Positions 60,211 through 64,000 of a DNA stretch of 64,000 nucleotides are shown piece after piece. Under the pieces are notes generated by a model. The model did not search any database. It saw only the letters and a list, made by a program, of their open reading frames with translations, and was not told the DNA's origin. The stretch comes from Saccostrea cucullata. Lineage: Eukaryota. The position numbers and the translations under genes were made by a program. The stretch is taken from positions 1 through 64,000 of the forward strand of contig NW_026923228.1 of NCBI RefSeq assembly GCF_032062105.1, in the 5' to 3' direction. Positions within the stretch are counted from its first letter, which is position 1. Each line of letters opens with the position of its first letter.

Positions 60211-62938
60211 CAGGGTATTAACTACAGATGATTCTTTTAAAATTAAAGTTTAATTTAATTTTAGCTAGTTAAATTCAATCATATATAAATTAAATGATTT
60301 AAAAAAATGAAAAAAAGATATTAAATATTCCTTTTCTGGTCATTCACTAGTTCGTCTAATTAAAACGAAGCAAAAATCATTTTGTTTTCATCTTGAATCA
60401 TTTAAAGCCATACAATGAAAATTATTAGACTAAAATTATAAGAACTTATTATTTGTATCATTACTTTATATAAACATGATAAAGATCTAAGTCAATTGCG
60501 TTATAAAGATATCAAAATTTAATTTGGATTCTCGGAATTTTCTCCGACTTGGAAGAAAATACAAAAGATTTAAATAACACATTACAGAGAAGATAAAACG
60601 AGGTGTTCTCCGTGCTCCGAATTGTATGAAAAGCTTTAATTTGAATGTATTAACTATATTTCTTTACTTAATTTTGTATTTTTCAAAAATATATTTTTGA
60701 TCAGTTACGCCATATGTGGCTTTTAAAAAACGCTACATAATTGCATGACACTTATCATTAAGCTGATTGAGTGAATGTATATAATTTAATAATGAGATAT
60801 CTGTGAGGCATATATGTACAAGCATATATTGCTATATTAAACAAAGGAAAGGGGGGAATTCAAATTAGGAAATAAAAGATCGTTTTTAAGTAAATCAGTC
60901 TGGTAGTACTGCAAAATGGATGCAGTTGTGGAGATTTATGGATAATATGAGCATGCTGTCTGGAATATTTCCATATTAGGGAATTTAATAGCAAAAGAGA
61001 GTGAAAATACCGGTGGTGCTTTTCATGTATTACATGTGTATTTTAAATTTCCTAATAGCCCAAGGGGATTCCTCAGTGCAGAAAACCACTAGCCCCATCC
61101 TCAAAAATGGAAGCCCCGGGTGTAGCGCGATGCTACTTACACACCCATCATGTGAAATATAGTAGCCCTATATCAATTTCAGTATTGTTTTAAATTAATT
61201 AAAACAAATGACAAAAACAATTATTTTTAAAAAAAAATCAAAATAAAGCAGACACTCAGTCAAAATCAAAGACAGAAAGAAGCACTGTTTTGACTGAAAG
61301 TTTTTCAGTAATACAATGAATCTCTTAAGTTACATATCAGATGAGATAAACTTACATACAATTATTTAGTTGTTGTCAATATCCCATTTATCATCATCTC
61401 AGCCCACTTTGCGATTGTAATACTGTCTACATGAACCGATAATTTACAGCTGATTTATGAACACACGATTGTTAAAATTTTCATTTCCCTTTCCAGTATA
61501 CATTGTCAGAACATACTTAGTTGGTAATGATATAAAATTAAATAATAAACACTTTCGATTTATTAAAGATTATCTAACAATATACGGTCATTTACTAAAT
61601 ACTTCTCGCCCTCAAGAGAGTTAAAAAGACAGAGAAAATTCAAAATACAAACAAGTGCAACTTAGGATTAATTGTTCCGATACATCTATTTTAATTTTGT
61701 ACACAATTGTTTTCAAAATTACATTAAAATCTATTTTCCTTAAACAAGAACCCAGCAATGGATAAATATTAATAGAATAAACTTACCTTTTCTCTTGTCA
61801 ATCAGAAAATCTTGCTGACATTAAGTGTTTCTTAGTCGCCATATTCTTTTCCATGAAAAGTTTTAAACAAACGTTGTTATGATCAGGATCAACGGAAGTT
61901 GATTTTCGGAACTCTCAAGAATTTAGAGTTCCGAATGTAAAACTGAAACAACAAAACACGGTGTGTCCGTGAAAGCAACTTTTTCGGACACTTTTTTGGA
62001 CAAATCGTCGTGTCCAAGTTTTGTTGGGTACTAACCTGCAAATACCCAATTAGGGTGTTTTAAGCATATTCAGCGACACTTCTTATTGGGTATACCCAAT
62101 AAGCAAAAAGTACCCAATAAGTACAATCTTGGCATGAAAAATACCCAATAAATGCACTCTCGTAAACACGGACGGACAGACGGACGGACGGACGGACGGA
62201 CGGACAAACCCAAATTAATATCCCCCACTTTTCAAGCGGGGGACAATAATTATACGTTTAACTTAGTCTTTGTTCAATGTCGGTGTATGTTTTGTTGTTA
62301 ATTTATATATATAATCAGTTGGAATCAGACCTTCGGAACTGATAGTTTTCAAGCGCAGGTAAAAGATTATTCCATGCTAATTCCAGTAATATAAAGTAGT
62401 AACAAATTTGTCAATGGCAAGTTCTCGTATTTCAGTCTAGAGATTTTCATGAATCTGGGTTAAAAACTCATTATTGACCTAGAAATAGTATTTGAAGGGC
62501 AAACATTGCACAGTGTAATAATCTTACAGAAACTAAATGAAAGAGATGTGTACTGAAACTCCCATAAAGATCATAACCCATACATGTACATCTGCTTTTA
62601 AAAGTCAAAAACTTTTTGAAATAGTTAGTCCCATTAATAATTTTCCTATTTTTCTCCTTTTCCCATTTCCCCCTTCATGATTTCCTTGAATATTTTCTTT
62701 CTCCAGTTCGATCTTTTTTCCTCCTTCCAGCCAATCAACCGACTTCATTTTGACTATTTTTCTTTTGACAATTTTGTAAAAAAAAAAAAAAAAAAAAAAG
62801 TATATTAATTTTTTAAAAGTTGTAATTCACACACAGGGGTTTTAAGATATCCCCACGCATACACACCTACACCTGTAAGCATTTTCGATTTTTTCTCTTT
62901 CTCATAAATTTCAAGAGTATCTTACAATTTCATATTTG

Positions 62939-62939
<1 letters not shown>

Positions 62940-62969
<30 letters not shown>
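62940..62969. repeat. (TA)n microsatellite
   Basis: Direct reading. Confidence 0.95.
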
Positions 62970-62970
<1 letters not shown>

Positions 62971-64000
62971 TAACACTTCAAAAACTTTTCTTCAACATGT
63001 ATATTTTGTTATTTCTATTCCACGTTATTATATATGATTACTTGATTAGAATTTTTTAAAGAATATTTTTTGAGAAACAGTCGAAACGACCCGAGGTTTT
63101 AAAGGGGTGTGCATGTGCCCTGTCCTCAAGCACCTGTTGATTACACAAAGGCAACCTTGATTTTACACATGCATGTGTGTTAATTCAGTAACTTAAATTA
63201 GGTTGGTCAATTAAACAGTACCTCCCACCACATAGCTCTTGTGCAAAAGATTCTCTTTTGAAGTCATTCGATCTTTCAAATTTACTTTGATCATGTGAAC
63301 CTTTTGATTTCCTGAACTCTAATAGAAAAATCAACCTTCCTGTATGATAAGAGTATCGTTTCGAATAATAATTCCCCTAATAAGTGTTTCAAACAACTCT
63401 TGAATTTTTCAACCTTTCTTTGATTTAATTTAAAAAATCAAATTCTGAAACACGAATCCCTTTCAAAATAAACACTACCTTATGTTTTATCTCCTATATG
63501 CTTACAGTGTAGAAGTAAGTGTTCGTGATAAATTCATAATAAAAATATCTTCAGGTAATAAACCTCTTATGGTACCAAGGTCACTCCTGCATTGCAAAGA
63601 AATACATTGTTGCACATTATACGCACGTTGTGCGATATATAATTACACGCTTAGCACTTATAAAGTGAGGTAAAATAGATGTCAAATTATATACTATTAA
63701 AGTTTAGCTCAAAAGATGCAAGTTCCTGCAGAGAAGATTATACCGGTACGTTTATTGAAACCCTTTATTTTCCCTGTAATGTGAACAATGTAGATTCAAT
63801 TTTGGAATTCATCTAGCTCGACCATCTATTAATGTATCACTATAAATCTTTTTATCATTGCAAGATGCATTTAGATCCTTAAAAAGATTAAATTAAAATA
63901 CATTCCGATTTCGCCCCACGTTGAGGTAGCAACTTCAATACCCAATTCTCAAGGTCTTGTCATTTGATACTATTAAATCATCATCATCAAAGTTAAGTGA

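Larger units (their letters stand above)
53471..62169 (-). mobile_element. 8.7-kb insertion into a (GGAC)n microsatellite; no terminal TIR; carries a decayed spliced gene; possibly Crypton-like
   Basis: Boundaries are defined by the split host HINE; ACAC at both ends; recurring TATTGGGTA/TACCCAATA motifs near both ends; decayed minus-strand exons. Confidence 0.6.
52379..62249 (-). mobile_element. HINE-like element split into 52379-53470 and 62170-62249 by an 8.7-kb insertion
   Basis: Perfect 12-bp subterminal inverted repeat TGTCCCCCGCTT (52401-52412) / AAGCGGGGGACA (62234-62245). The (GGAC)n microsatellite continues across the insertion; two ~165-bp internal units near 53140-53440. Confidence 0.8.

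Overview
AT-rich, intron-containing animal DNA; the repeat families look like those of bivalves (probably an oyster, by inference). Host genes: (1) a small 3-coding-exon LURAP/FAM89-like adaptor gene (1527-2294); (2) a complete 26-coding-exon ATP-citrate lyase gene, ACLY (29851-46202, about 1098 aa); (3) tRNA-Asp(GTC). The main accessory feature is an apparently intact, young Ngaro-type tyrosine-recombinase retrotransposon (7303-14708) with split direct repeats A1...B1-A2-B2. It carries an intact SGNH hydrolase ORF upstream of gag, inside a putative intron. It also has a candidate +1 frameshift site (CCC_UUU_CGA) joining gag to an ATG-less RT/RNase H frame, and a short internal region complementary to the 3' end of repeat B. 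Other elements: a TRIM with tRNA-like LTRs, several MITEs with clear TIR/TSD, Helentron-associated (HINE-like) elements, decayed Penelope-like RT copies, and an 8.7-kb TIR-less insertion into the (GGAC)n microsatellite of a HINE. All calls were made by reading the sequence; no searches were run.
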